Origin: a virus
Direction: 5' to 3' (one strand)
Virus record (IMG/VR): IMGVR_UViG_3300042197_002234
Coordinates: 1 to 64,000 of that record
Length of the DNA: 64,000 nt
Part shown: piece after piece, positions 1 through 9,153 of the stretch
Layout of the letters: each line of letters begins with the position of its first letter
Numbering within the stretch: the first letter of the stretch is position 1
Notes under the pieces: generated by a model
Seen by the model: the letters and a program-made list of their open reading frames with translations, nothing else
Told to the model about the DNA's origin: nothing
Databases searched by the model: none
Made by a program: the position numbers and the translations under genes

Positions 1-3000
1 ATAACTATTAGTTATTATTTTATTTTCAACTAATAAATCATCATTAACGTTTAATAAATATGTATTTATCCTACCTATGTCATATTGTAACTCAGCTAAA
101 GTATCACTACTTGTTTGACCAACTTGTTGCTGACTAGTCTTACTAGTACCAGTAATACCATAAATTAGTGGCGTCCCTTTTTCTGTTTTTTTACCGTCAA
201 AAGCAAATGGTGATGTTGTACTAGGACTACTACCCACACCTCCATTAATAATTTGAGTTTTAATTAAATCAATTACAAAGTTTTGTTGGTATGTTGAAAG
301 TTCACTAATTATAGTTTGAATATTATTAGAGTAATCGGTGTTAACTTGGTCCAAATATTTTTTCATATTTGTTTTAATATTGGACAATTCATTTGGTTCT
401 ATATTTTTGTAATCTATTTTTAAATTTGCGATTATTGGGTTAGATTCGTCGTCAATGTCTTTATTCGCCTGATTAAATAATTTTGTAAAAGCATTTTCTT
501 TGGTACCACCAGGTGTCTCTATTAATGGTTTACCGTATATAGGACATTCTGTTTTTGGTCCATTTGAGTAAGTACTACCACTAAAATAAACTCTATTTTG
601 ATTTAATAATTGTAAAACACCATAATTATATTTAAGAACAACACTTTCTAATTGATTTGTTATTGTTGTTAAATACTCAGGACAAGATTTTAACATTTTA
701 TCCATTATTGTTTTATAAGAAATTTCGCCAGTCTCACCGCCTTCAACTCTATTAAAATTAAGAATAGTACCAATAGTATCACCAAAAGCATTTTGTGGTG
801 TATCAGTGGCTGCGGCACCATCGGTTAAAGGTTCGTTTTGTAAAATTTGTTTTTCTAAATTAGCATCAATCTTTTTAAATGAATTATCAGTCCAAACCGA
901 CCTTTCATCATAAACTTCGGTATTAGCATAATAATTAAACGATAATGCGTTTTGTAATTGTTCAACAGGTTTCGCTAACCCTTGACCACCAATAAAATCA
1001 AAACTCATGGTCACATTAGCAATCATTGGTTGAACTCCAATACCTTCAGGGTTCATGTCATAAACTAATGGTTCATAAGTAAATGAAACACTCTTAGGTA
1101 CTATTTTAGTGTGGTAAAAATCACCAATACGTAAAACTAATATTGGGGGTGTACCAAAAGAAGTGTTTCTTGCATCATTATATTTTGGCTTACCATCAAC
1201 ATCAATAATTGGTATTGTTTCACCAGGTCTAACACATTGATTTAAAAACGTTAGTCTCGCATTTAAACCTTCAGGTGTCATAGAGTGAAAAGCAGGGTTA
1301 AAGTACTTTATTTTTTCTTTTATTGAGTCATACAACATTGGTACTTCTTTTTCAATAACCTCAAAATAATCACACTCCGAAAGTAATTGTCTTAATATTT
1401 TTTTACCAATACCTTCTTTTAGGTTTTTCTCAATCCTTACTGTTGGTTGTGGTTTTTTAACTTGTACTGTTTCATCAATTGTCTTAGGTTTTTCATCAAC
1501 TACTGTGGTGTTTTGTTGATTAGTATCTGTTTTAGTACCACCTTCAGGTATTGTAACACTAACTTTAATTTTTACTCGTCTACACGCCATTGCGTCAACA
1601 GAATAAATTTGTGAATTAGAGGTTACTTTACCTGTACTACCATCAATTATATCCTGACTACAATTAACTTGACTACCATTACCATTCTCAAAAGATTTAG
1701 GTATAACATTTTGTTCAGGTGAACCAGAAGAACCAGGTGTTTCACCCAAGTTTTTACCATTAATTGTTATTTTATCTTTGAATGGGTCTAGTTTTTTATT
1801 TTGTGCGTTTAATAAATATTGTCTAACAGAATCATTTCTTCTTGCGGACAAATTAACGTTATAACTGGCACTGGCGGGTGCAGATGCGGAACCGATTAAT
1901 TCAATATTAACTCTAGCGTTTTCTTCACTAACTAATTTAAAAATACCAGCAACTAAACCATCATTTTCATTAGTTATAGTATTATAGTTATTTAAAATAA
2001 CGCTATTCCAAAAATCATTAACTTTTGAATTTTTACTACAGTATTCTACATTATTTTTACAGTACGAAGAGTTCGGATTAAATATAGAATCGGCTTTTGA
2101 TTGGTATCCAGGGAAGAATGTGTTTTGATACTCATTAAAAGTCACGTCAAAACTTTGAGTTGATGTTGTACTATTAGAATTAGGATTAGGTCTATCGTTG
2201 TGAAAATAAAAAGCTAAATCGTTAAACTTACTTTCAAAAGCTTGTGCAGTTGTTGATTGAGTATCTTTTACTGCGTTAACACTACTACCCTCATTTTTAC
2301 CGTCACCTGTACTTTGAACTGTTTGGTCAACAGGAATGGTTCTTTTTACATTTCGTAATTCCTCAGGAGTTAATTGGGGGTTATTTAATATTTCTTGATA
2401 AGTATAAAGGTCTTTAGTTGGTATTGTATTGTACTTTAAGGCTAATTGATATATGTCATATTTGGTACATCCAGCAAAAAATGAATCAATTATAGAATTC
2501 ATTTTATCTTTGTTGGTTTTTAAATGTTTGTTAACTATAGTATTTAAAATTGATGGGTGGTCAACAATTATTTTCCAAGATAGGGTTCCTGTTCTAGAAG
2601 TGTCTTTATACGTATAAATTGGTTCAGGTCTACCTAAAAAGGATTGTTGATTCCAGTTAGCCGAACTTTGGTCACTAAATTTTAAATCATAAGGTGGAAA
2701 CCACATAACTCTACCACCATTAGGACCTTTCTCACAAACAGGTAACTCGTCATACGTAAATCCAGGTCTACTTGATGTTCTCCAAGCTAAATTTTCAATT
2801 GAGAACATGTATTTTTTGGCGTATCCTCCAAGACCTTGGGCGTTATTTGGTATAATGTTAGTTGAGCCAGGATTTTTTAATGGAGCGATGTTTAGATTGT
2901 ATGTATTATCTAATATTGAATAAGAAAAACTTCTACCTGATGTTGTTATACCATCAGTTTTCTGTAAGTCAGCATACGTATAATAAGGGGTATCTTTCGT

Positions 3001-4656
3001 AAATACACGACAATATTCAATACCCTCTTCAGAACCTGTCGTAAAATCTCTATATGAAACAACTTGAGAACCTTTTGTCATTTCTTTGTATCCATCATTG
3101 AATACTTTGGATACTTGATTAATTGCATTCCCCACATGTTTTAATCTTGATATTCCTGTAACATTATCGGCAGAATCAATTAATCTTTGTGTTTGGTCAA
3201 GAATTGAACCTTCTTTAAAGTCTAAGTTTGTTGATTCGTCTCTTGTGTAATAACTACTAACCTGATTAAACTCAGGGTCTAAACTACCTGTACCACCGCC
3301 AGGGGTTGCTTTAAAACCTGCGTTATTTTTGTATTTTGGTGATGTCCAAACAAACTGACCGTCTATTCCTCCTCCATCAGATAATGGTTTACCAGCTAAA
3401 CCAAAGTTTAATGTATCTTGATTACCTTCATATAAAATACCTAACTCTGAAGGTCCGTAAACAGGAGTTTCAACTTGTTGTCCATAAGGATTAACAGGTA
3501 TTTGATTTGCGGGTGATGTAATATTAGACGGTTCGGCGTTTCTACTACCAACATAGTAACCACCAACTAGCGTACCATTTGGGTTTATTAGACTTGTTAC
3601 TAAATTAACAATACCTTGAGCAACACCCAACAATCCACCAAATTGATTATACCCTGGTTGATATTTGTTATAATCAATATTTCTAAACAACGCAGACCTT
3701 TGAGCATTACCAGTATTTGCTAAAAATATTTCTGAAGGATTTCTTTTTAAATTTAATATCGGTCCTAAAAATCCACCAGTTAATTGATTAATAACATTAA
3801 GTGCGTTTGACACTTGTTGTGATTGACCATTCACTTCATTTTCGTTAAAGTAGTCACCAGGTATTGGTGATACAGGCCAATAAGCCCCACCTAATCTTGT
3901 AATAAAATCAGCGGCCGCAACTATTGGATTTTCAGCAACTGTAATTTGCCAATTCTGATAAACTAAAGGTTCTCTACCCGTAACAATTAAACTAGCCTCA
4001 AAAGGGTCTGATAGTGATTCTAAATTAACTAACCCAATTGTGTTTTGGAATATTTCAGCATCAACTCTTTTTTGAAATAAGAAGTTTAATTGTTCCGCAC
4101 CTAATTTGGCTAAATAAGAATCTTGTGACAATAATCCATTATCACCGACAGGATTTGAGGACAGTAATATACTATAAGGTGAATAAGATGATGGTACAAA
4201 CGTTGGGGGGTCCCAATATGGTTGATATATTTTATTATTATTCTGAATGTCAGTAATAATAACCATATCGTTAAATCCACCATCAGGTCCATATCTATTT
4301 TCAATGTATGCGACATCGATATAGAATTCATTAACTAAGTCTAATACAGTATCATTTGGACTATATTCACCTTGATTTGAATTTACTGGTAATGGTGGTC
4401 CGTTGTATGTAATATTTAAATTAAACCCACCATTAGGACCATATTCATTTAATGGGTATAGTTGATTTGAATAAACTCCGTCGGTAATTAAATTATCAGG
4501 AGAATCAATAACATTTAAATTTGATTGTTCAGTTTCATAAGCAATAGGTCCTGATGGTGGTGTGTATACACCTGGTACATCATAAGGTTCCAAATTTTTC
4601 GCCAATAAAGCGTTTCTAAAAGATGAACTATTTGCAAACGATAACGGACTTGGCAT
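1..4656 (-). CDS. Large baseplate/tail-tube-initiator-like protein with OmpA-like peptidoglycan-binding insert (>1552 aa, runs off the window start)
   Basis: Not in the ORF track. ATG at 4656 (MPSPLSFANSSSFRNALLAKNLEPY). The frame was hand-checked as open over 1-1380 and spot-checked elsewhere. It contains WNQQSFLGRPEPIYTYKDTSRTGTLSW (tube-like fold) and IELIGSASAPASASYNVNLSARRNDSVRQYL (OmpA-like). TATTTAT lies 14 nt upstream. Confidence 0.8.
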   Translation of the reverse strand, partial: MPSPLSFANSSSFRNALLAKNLEPYDVPGVYTPPSGPIAYETEQSNLNVIDSPDNLITDGVYSNQLYPLNEYGPNGGFNLNITYNGPPLPVNSNQGEYSPNDTVLDLVNEFYIDVAYIENRYGPDGGFNDMVIITDIQNNNKIYQPYWDPPTFVPSSYSPYSILLSSNPVGDNGLLSQDSYLAKLGAEQLNFLFQKRVDAEIFQNTIGLVNLESLSDPFEASLIVTGREPLVYQNWQITVAENPIVAAADFITRLGGAYWPVSPIPGDYFNENEVNGQSQQVSNALNVINQLTGGFLGPILNLKRNPSEIFLANTGNAQRSALFRNIDYNKYQPGYNQFGGLLGVAQGIVNLVTSLINPNGTLVGGYYVGSRNAEPSNITSPANQIPVNPYGQQVETPVYGPSELGILYEGNQDTLNFGLAGKPLSDGGGIDGQFVWTSPKYKNNAGFKATPGGGTGSLDPEFNQVSSYYTRDESTNLDFKEGSILDQTQRLIDSADNVTGISRLKHVGNAINQVSKVFNDGYKEMTKGSQVVSYRDFTTGSEEGIEYCRVFTKDTPYYTYADLQKTDGITTSGRSFSYSILDNTYNLNIAPLKNPGSTNIIPNNAQGLGGYAKKYMFSIENLAWRTSSRPGFTYDELPVCEKGPNGGRVMWFPPYDLKFSDQSSANWNQQSFLGRPEPIYTYKDTSRTGTLSWKIIVDHPSILNTIVNKHLKTNKDKMNSIIDSFFAGCTKYDIYQLALKYNTIPTKDLYTYQEILNNPQLTPEELRNVKRTIPVDQTVQSTGDGKNEGSSVNAVKDTQSTTAQAFESKFNDLAFYFHNDRPNPNSNSTTSTQSFDVTFNEYQNTFFPGYQSKADSIFNPNSSYCKNNVEYCSKNSKVNDFWNSVILNNYNTITNENDGLVAGIFKLVSEENARVNIELIGSASAPASASYNVNLSARRNDSVRQYLLNAQNKKLDPFKDKITINGKNLGETPGSSGSPEQNVIPKSFENGNGSQVNCSQDIIDGSTGKVTSNSQIYSVDAMACRRVKIKVSVTIPEGGTKTDTNQQNTTVVDEKPKTIDETVQVKKPQPTVRIEKNLKEGIGKKILRQLLSECDYFEVIEKEVPMLYDSIKEKIKYFNPAFHSMTPEGLNARLTFLNQCVRPGETIPIIDVDGKPKYNDARNTSFGTPPILVLRIGDFYHTKIVPKSVSFTYEPLVYDMNPEGIGVQPMIANVTMSFDFIGGQGLAKPVEQLQNALSFNYYANTEVYDERSVWTDNSFKKIDANLEKQILQNEPLTDGAAATDTPQNAFGDTIGTILNFNRVEGGETGEISYKTIMDKMLKSCPEYLTTITNQLESVVLKYNYGVLQLLNQNRVYFSGSTYSNGPKTECPIYGKPLIETPGGTKENAFTKLFNQANKDIDDESNPIIANLKIDYKNIEPNELSNIKTNMKKYLDQVNTDYSNNIQTIISELSTYQQNFVIDLIKTQIINGGVGSSPSTTSPFAFDGKKTEKGTPLIYGITGTSKTSQQQVGQTSSDTLAELQYDIGRINTYLLNVNDDLLVENKIITNSY

Positions 4657-4700
4657 ATTAGTTTTTTAATATAAATAGATACCAAATGATTTTTTTATCA

Positions 4701-6629
4701 TTATGCAACAGGAATACCAGTTAACCCAGTCGAGTTATTTGTAACTACCATTTGTCTTTGTGGGTTTGGATTTGTTGCTGATAAATTATCATTCATTCTG
4801 GCTTTATTCAAGGCTGTAACCATAGCTTCTCTAACACCTGTATCATTAAGTGCTATAACTAATTGATTTGTGTCTATATTTGGTGGTGCGGTTATGTTTA
4901 GGTTAATATCTACAGGAGAATTATTAGTTTGAGTATTTGTTTGATTAGGTTGATTACCCATTGGTGTATTCGTTGGGTTATTGACATTACCCATTTGTGG
5001 GTTAGTTGTTTGGGGTGGTAAAGGTGTTGGTGTTTGTGGTGTGTTTAAATTTTGGTCAGTCATGAACATTGTTTTAACTTTATTAGCAGAATTTAAAAGA
5101 ATGTCAATAAATTGGTTGTTAGCGCCTTCTAAATTTTTAATAGATTCTGTATATTTTACAGTCATTTCATCAGCATATTTAAAAGTAAAATTTTCAAATT
5201 GTTTTCCAACATCACTCATTGTTGTTAACAATTGAGTCATAGACCCTTCACCTGAGACTAATTTATTAATGTCTGTTAATATTTTATTAGCGCCTTCATC
5301 AATACCTTTTGTTAATTTTGTAATACTAAAACTTTCAGGTCCTGTAAGAACGTTTGAAGCTTCTCGAACAATTCTTGCAGGTGCCGCTAAAGCCCCTTTA
5401 GCGGCTCTAGTTCCCGCAATAGCCATAGGTAATTGATTACTCATGGATTCAAGATATTTTGCCATTTGTTCTGACATTTTTAATTGTTCTTCGGCTAGTT
5501 TTTCCATACTTTTTGGCTGTGCAGATTCTTTTAAAGCCTCTAATAGTTTTGGGTCGTCTCTGAATTTAACCATGGCCTCATCCAAGTCCAATTTTTCAGT
5601 ACCTACCTGAATTTTAAACTTTTTATCCTCACCCATTTCAGCCATTTGAGCAATGGCGTTTTTAGTGGCCTCATCAAAATCAAAACCAGCAAAATTAATT
5701 TGTTTAAGTTTTTCATCAAGTTCCTTGGTGCCAATTGCCATTTTGGTTAATGTCTCATATGGAATATTTAATGCTGACGATATTTCTCTTAATTGTCTTT
5801 TAGCACCAGGCATTATTTCAAATTGTCCGTCTTTGTTTAATTGAACAAATTGTTCTGTCATTTTGGCCAATTGATTTTGTAACTCAGCTGGGTCGTTTTG
5901 AGCCATGTCCATTAATCTTAATGGGTCTAACAATTCAGAATTGGCAACACCTAATCTTTGCATCGCGGCTGCAACTTCAATAGCTCCTTCAGGGTCAAAA
6001 ACTTTTTCAGCAAAATTTAAAGTTTCTTTCATGTTTATTCTTAATAAACTAGCTTGACCAGCCATTTTTGCTAAACCTTCAACACCTCCCGCAAAATTAT
6101 ATTTATTAAGAGCATCCATGTTTTGTAACACAACACCGCTTACCACTTGTGTATTAACACCCATTTGACGAGTAACATCAACCACTTTCTGCATTTGACC
6201 TGTAGCCTGATAAGCCGAAAAACCAGCGTCTTTAAAAAATGTAACAATGTCTTTAGCGCTTTGACCTGTTACTTCAGAAGCGGCAAAAAGTTTTTCATAC
6301 GAATCGGTGGTTAATATTAAGTTTCTACCTAATCCTTCACCAACTTCTTTTTGTATTTTAGCAATACTTTCAAAGTTACCTCCAAGCAATGTAACTTCTC
6401 TAACCGCACCAGCCATAGCTTGGGAAAGCCCTAAAACATTCTCTCTACCTTGACCAAAAGATTTTGCAATATTTACCGCAGCGTTGTCAACTTGTTCAAC
6501 CGCACTAGCGATTCTACCCGCATCAAAATTTGATAAATAAGCCTTTCCTGCCTCCTCAACAAAACTAACAGATTCTCTAAGTTTTTTTAGTAAGCTTGAA
6601 CTATCATCAGCATTTTTTTCTTCAAACAT
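4701..6629 (-). CDS. Tail tape-measure protein
   Basis: 642 aa, Ala/Gln/Leu/Met-rich and predicted helical. It occupies the canonical position after tube and chaperone. Confidence 0.75.
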   Translation of the reverse strand: MFEEKNADDSSSLLKKLRESVSFVEEAGKAYLSNFDAGRIASAVEQVDNAAVNIAKSFGQGRENVLGLSQAMAGAVREVTLLGGNFESIAKIQKEVGEGLGRNLILTTDSYEKLFAASEVTGQSAKDIVTFFKDAGFSAYQATGQMQKVVDVTRQMGVNTQVVSGVVLQNMDALNKYNFAGGVEGLAKMAGQASLLRINMKETLNFAEKVFDPEGAIEVAAAMQRLGVANSELLDPLRLMDMAQNDPAELQNQLAKMTEQFVQLNKDGQFEIMPGAKRQLREISSALNIPYETLTKMAIGTKELDEKLKQINFAGFDFDEATKNAIAQMAEMGEDKKFKIQVGTEKLDLDEAMVKFRDDPKLLEALKESAQPKSMEKLAEEQLKMSEQMAKYLESMSNQLPMAIAGTRAAKGALAAPARIVREASNVLTGPESFSITKLTKGIDEGANKILTDINKLVSGEGSMTQLLTTMSDVGKQFENFTFKYADEMTVKYTESIKNLEGANNQFIDILLNSANKVKTMFMTDQNLNTPQTPTPLPPQTTNPQMGNVNNPTNTPMGNQPNQTNTQTNNSPVDINLNITAPPNIDTNQLVIALNDTGVREAMVTALNKARMNDNLSATNPNPQRQMVVTNNSTGLTGIPVA

Positions 6630-6673
6630 AATTAACCATTATTTTAAATATAAATACATCAAATTATGTTTTA

Positions 6674-6838
6674 CTAACCATTTTTAGGTGTATTATCCTC
6701 AATCACCCTATCAATAATATACTTTCTGATGTATGTTGGCATATTCAGAAATTCAGAATATTGCATTCTGATAAATTTAGAAAGAAAATAAAACTCTTCT
6801 ATTAAAGTTTGTCGGTATTTAGAAGAAAGGGCGAAAAA
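6674..6838 (-). CDS. Frameshift extension of the tail assembly chaperone (GT-like / T4 gp51-like segment)
   Basis: The +1 frame from the U6 run reads FFALSSKYRQTLIEEFYFLSKFIRMQYSEFLNMPTYIRKYIIDRVIEDNTPKNG*. Its only in-frame ATGs are internal (first at 6766). Confidence 0.65.
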   Translation of the reverse strand, partial: FFALSSKYRQTLIEEFYFLSKFIRMQYSEFLNMPTYIRKYIIDRVIEDNTPKNG

Positions 6839-7580
6839 ATTCAGCCCCGAAGGTGATACTAAAATTCACCAATTCTCCTGACGGGGCTTTTACTGTTTGG
6901 TTTAAATCTAAAGAAGGTACATTGTCCCTTAAAAAATTACGAATATGTTTTGAATCCATAATTGGTAATGAATTAACAAATTGAGATAAAATTTCAGGAG
7001 ATGTGTTACCATCCACTTCAATAACTTGTTTCATTAATCTCCAAGTTACTGTAGGTGCGACTCTACCTGCTGGATATTGTTCCGCCATTTTATTAATATC
7101 AATAACCTCTAAAAATGTTAAAGGTTTTAATTTAACGGTTGCTCCTGTTTTTGGTAATCTTGTTGTAAAAAAACCGTTTTCATCTGCTTTATGTTCACAC
7201 TTTTTAAGGTTTATCTCATCTAAAATAATAGTATGTTCAAATCTTTTGTCGGTTTTTGGGTCAATTAATGACACATTATATTCAGGACCAAATGAAGTAT
7301 TCCTTAAAAAAATTAAAATAGCTTCAATATCAGAATCTAACAACTCTTCAGGTCTTAAATCGTGTTCATAAATTTTACTTCTAAGTAATGACATAATAAT
7401 ACCTTCATTAGTACCCTGATTAGCGGATACTAATAGGTTCTCATCATTAGCGGTTAGATATCCAATCTTGATTGATTTCTTTTTAGATTTGTAAAAAATT
7501 CCACCAGTTGGTAGAGTTACCACATCATGTGGTAGGTTAAAATTTTGTGTTCCAGCTTCGTATACATTTGTTGGTTCCAT
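6819..7580 (-). CDS. Tail assembly chaperone / T4 gp26-like baseplate hub assembly protein
   Basis: Lies between tube and tape measure. VVTLPTGG...IKIGYLTANDENLL...LRSKI resembles the gp26-like family. Confidence 0.65.
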   Translation of the reverse strand: MEPTNVYEAGTQNFNLPHDVVTLPTGGIFYKSKKKSIKIGYLTANDENLLVSANQGTNEGIIMSLLRSKIYEHDLRPEELLDSDIEAILIFLRNTSFGPEYNVSLIDPKTDKRFEHTIILDEINLKKCEHKADENGFFTTRLPKTGATVKLKPLTFLEVIDINKMAEQYPAGRVAPTVTWRLMKQVIEVDGNTSPEILSQFVNSLPIMDSKHIRNFLRDNVPSLDLNQTVKAPSGELVNFSITFGAEFFRPFF

Positions 7581-7635
7581 GATAATGTTCTTTTATTACA
7601 AATATATTAACACATTATTTTTTTTAAATAGTAAA

Positions 7636-7665
7636 TAAAAAATCCACACTTTTGGTGCGGATTTT
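7636..7665 (-). terminator. Rho-independent terminator after the tail tube gene
   Basis: Minus strand reads AAAAUCCGCAC-CAAAA-GUGUGGAUUUUUU (one G-U pair) followed by a U-tract. Confidence 0.7.
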
Positions 7666-7689
7666 CTTTATTTTATTACTGAAATAATA

Positions 7690-8178
7690 TCAATAAACAA
7701 GTATACAACGGTCCATTCTCAACGTAGCTGAGATTGAAGCTAAAGCGTCGGTGTTATACGCTAATGAGTCAAAGTTAACATCGGACAAGAAAGTACCTTC
7801 TAATATCCACTTTTCAACAACAACACCTGTTGGGTCTAACATTTCTAAGTCAACATTCTTTTTATAACCCGCAGCATAACCCATACGACCTGTAACTGAT
7901 TCCGCACAAAGACGAACCCACTCCATTAACGCTTGTGATGCGGAAGGTCCGATTGGGTCACGGAATTTAACGTTAATAGTTCCCCAAGTAAAACGACCCG
8001 CAACGTATGTTGAAGTGTTTAAGAAGGGAATCTCTACAGGGTTAATAGTAATATGTGGTCTAGCCGTTGATTCCACGAACCATTCGTTTATTCCCAAAGT
8101 AGTTGGGAAACGAAGTATAAACCTATTCTGTCTTTTAGGTTCATACGGTATCGGCATTTTCATTAGTAAATCAGCCAT
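7690..8178 (-). CDS. Tail tube protein (T4 gp19-like)
   Basis: 162 aa; YEPKRQNRFILRF, WGTINVKFRDPI, EKWILEGTF. Downstream of the sheath gene. Confidence 0.9.
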   Translation of the reverse strand: MADLLMKMPIPYEPKRQNRFILRFPTTLGINEWFVESTARPHITINPVEIPFLNTSTYVAGRFTWGTINVKFRDPIGPSASQALMEWVRLCAESVTGRMGYAAGYKKNVDLEMLDPTGVVVEKWILEGTFLSDVNFDSLAYNTDALASISATLRMDRCILVY

Positions 8179-8277
8179 TTCAGTTTTTTTTTGTTATTTC
8201 TTGTTTATTAGTTTATTATAAATATCACCAAATAAATTTTTTCTCTTTACTTTATTTTTTTTTCAAATTATTCTTAA

Positions 8278-9099
8278 CTAGTAAGGTTTTTTTATTCCTC
8301 CTGCTGTAGAATAAGTTTTTATTATATTATCTGGTTCTTTTTCAAAATGAGATTTAACTTTTTCAACATTTCTTAAATCATCATCAGAAAAACCAATAGT
8401 TGGTAAAAATCTATTTGTTACTTTATTTTTTAAATAGGCTTTTTTGTTTATATATTTTGAAACTGATTTAACATAGTTAACAAAATCTTTTAAAGCTTTA
8501 ATTTTACCTTCTTCAGGATTGGCGGCAGAACCTTCACCAAAAGTTACAGGGTAAAATCTGCAAAGGTCTAAATATTCACGAATTATATCTTTTTTAGTTG
8601 TATTTTTATCCCCCACAATATCTCTATATTTTTCCATATTCTTAACAAGTTCATTAGAGTCTATACCATTATGGTTAGAAACTATCAAATTGTAAACAGA
8701 TTCTTTAATAACTTCGGGGTTATGTCCTCTTGCGGTCACTATTGAAAATATCGAGCCGTTATTAATAGCCTCTACAAAATCAGGCCAAGCAGGTCCTGGT
8801 TTTGCCATCATAGAATCAATTATAAATTGTTTGTTACCTTTTTCTCTAAAAAATCTAAAAGGTTCTTCAGCATAACCAACAATAGTGTGTCCCTCATATT
8901 CGAAAGGTTCTTTACCTATTTCAGTTCTATATTCCGCAAAATCCTCTGTGGACATACCAACTTCGTCACCGTCTTCATCTTTTAAAATAATTTTAGTCGG
9001 CATAATCATTATATTGTCATCCCAATCAAATGCGTAATACTTCATGTCGGGACTACCCGTTTCGTCAATACCTTCTCTGAATATATATTTTTTGTTCAT
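8278..9099 (-). CDS. HAD-superfamily phosphatase-like protein
   Basis: HAD motifs: I FDWDDNI, II IVTARG, IV GFSDDD. Confidence 0.65.
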   Translation of the reverse strand: MNKKYIFREGIDETGSPDMKYYAFDWDDNIMIMPTKIILKDEDGDEVGMSTEDFAEYRTEIGKEPFEYEGHTIVGYAEEPFRFFREKGNKQFIIDSMMAKPGPAWPDFVEAINNGSIFSIVTARGHNPEVIKESVYNLIVSNHNGIDSNELVKNMEKYRDIVGDKNTTKKDIIREYLDLCRFYPVTFGEGSAANPEEGKIKALKDFVNYVKSVSKYINKKAYLKNKVTNRFLPTIGFSDDDLRNVEKVKSHFEKEPDNIIKTYSTAGGIKKPY

Positions 9100-9116
9100 T
9101 TAAAATGATAAGGCTT

Positions 9117-9144
9117 AAAAAGGTGGGGATTAACTCCCCACCTT
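9117..9144 (-). terminator. Rho-independent terminator after the tail sheath gene
   Basis: Perfect 10-bp stem AAGGTGGGGA/TCCCCACCTT with a 5-nt loop and a U-tract on the minus strand. Confidence 0.85.
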
Positions 9145-9153
9145 ATATAATTA

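Noticed and set aside
7599-7606. Bacteroidota -7 promoter match TATATTTG upstream of the chaperone
   Set aside because: A single match with no clear -33 TTTG element; expected by chance roughly once per 1.3 kb in this AT-rich DNA. Too weak to report as a promoter or as host proof.
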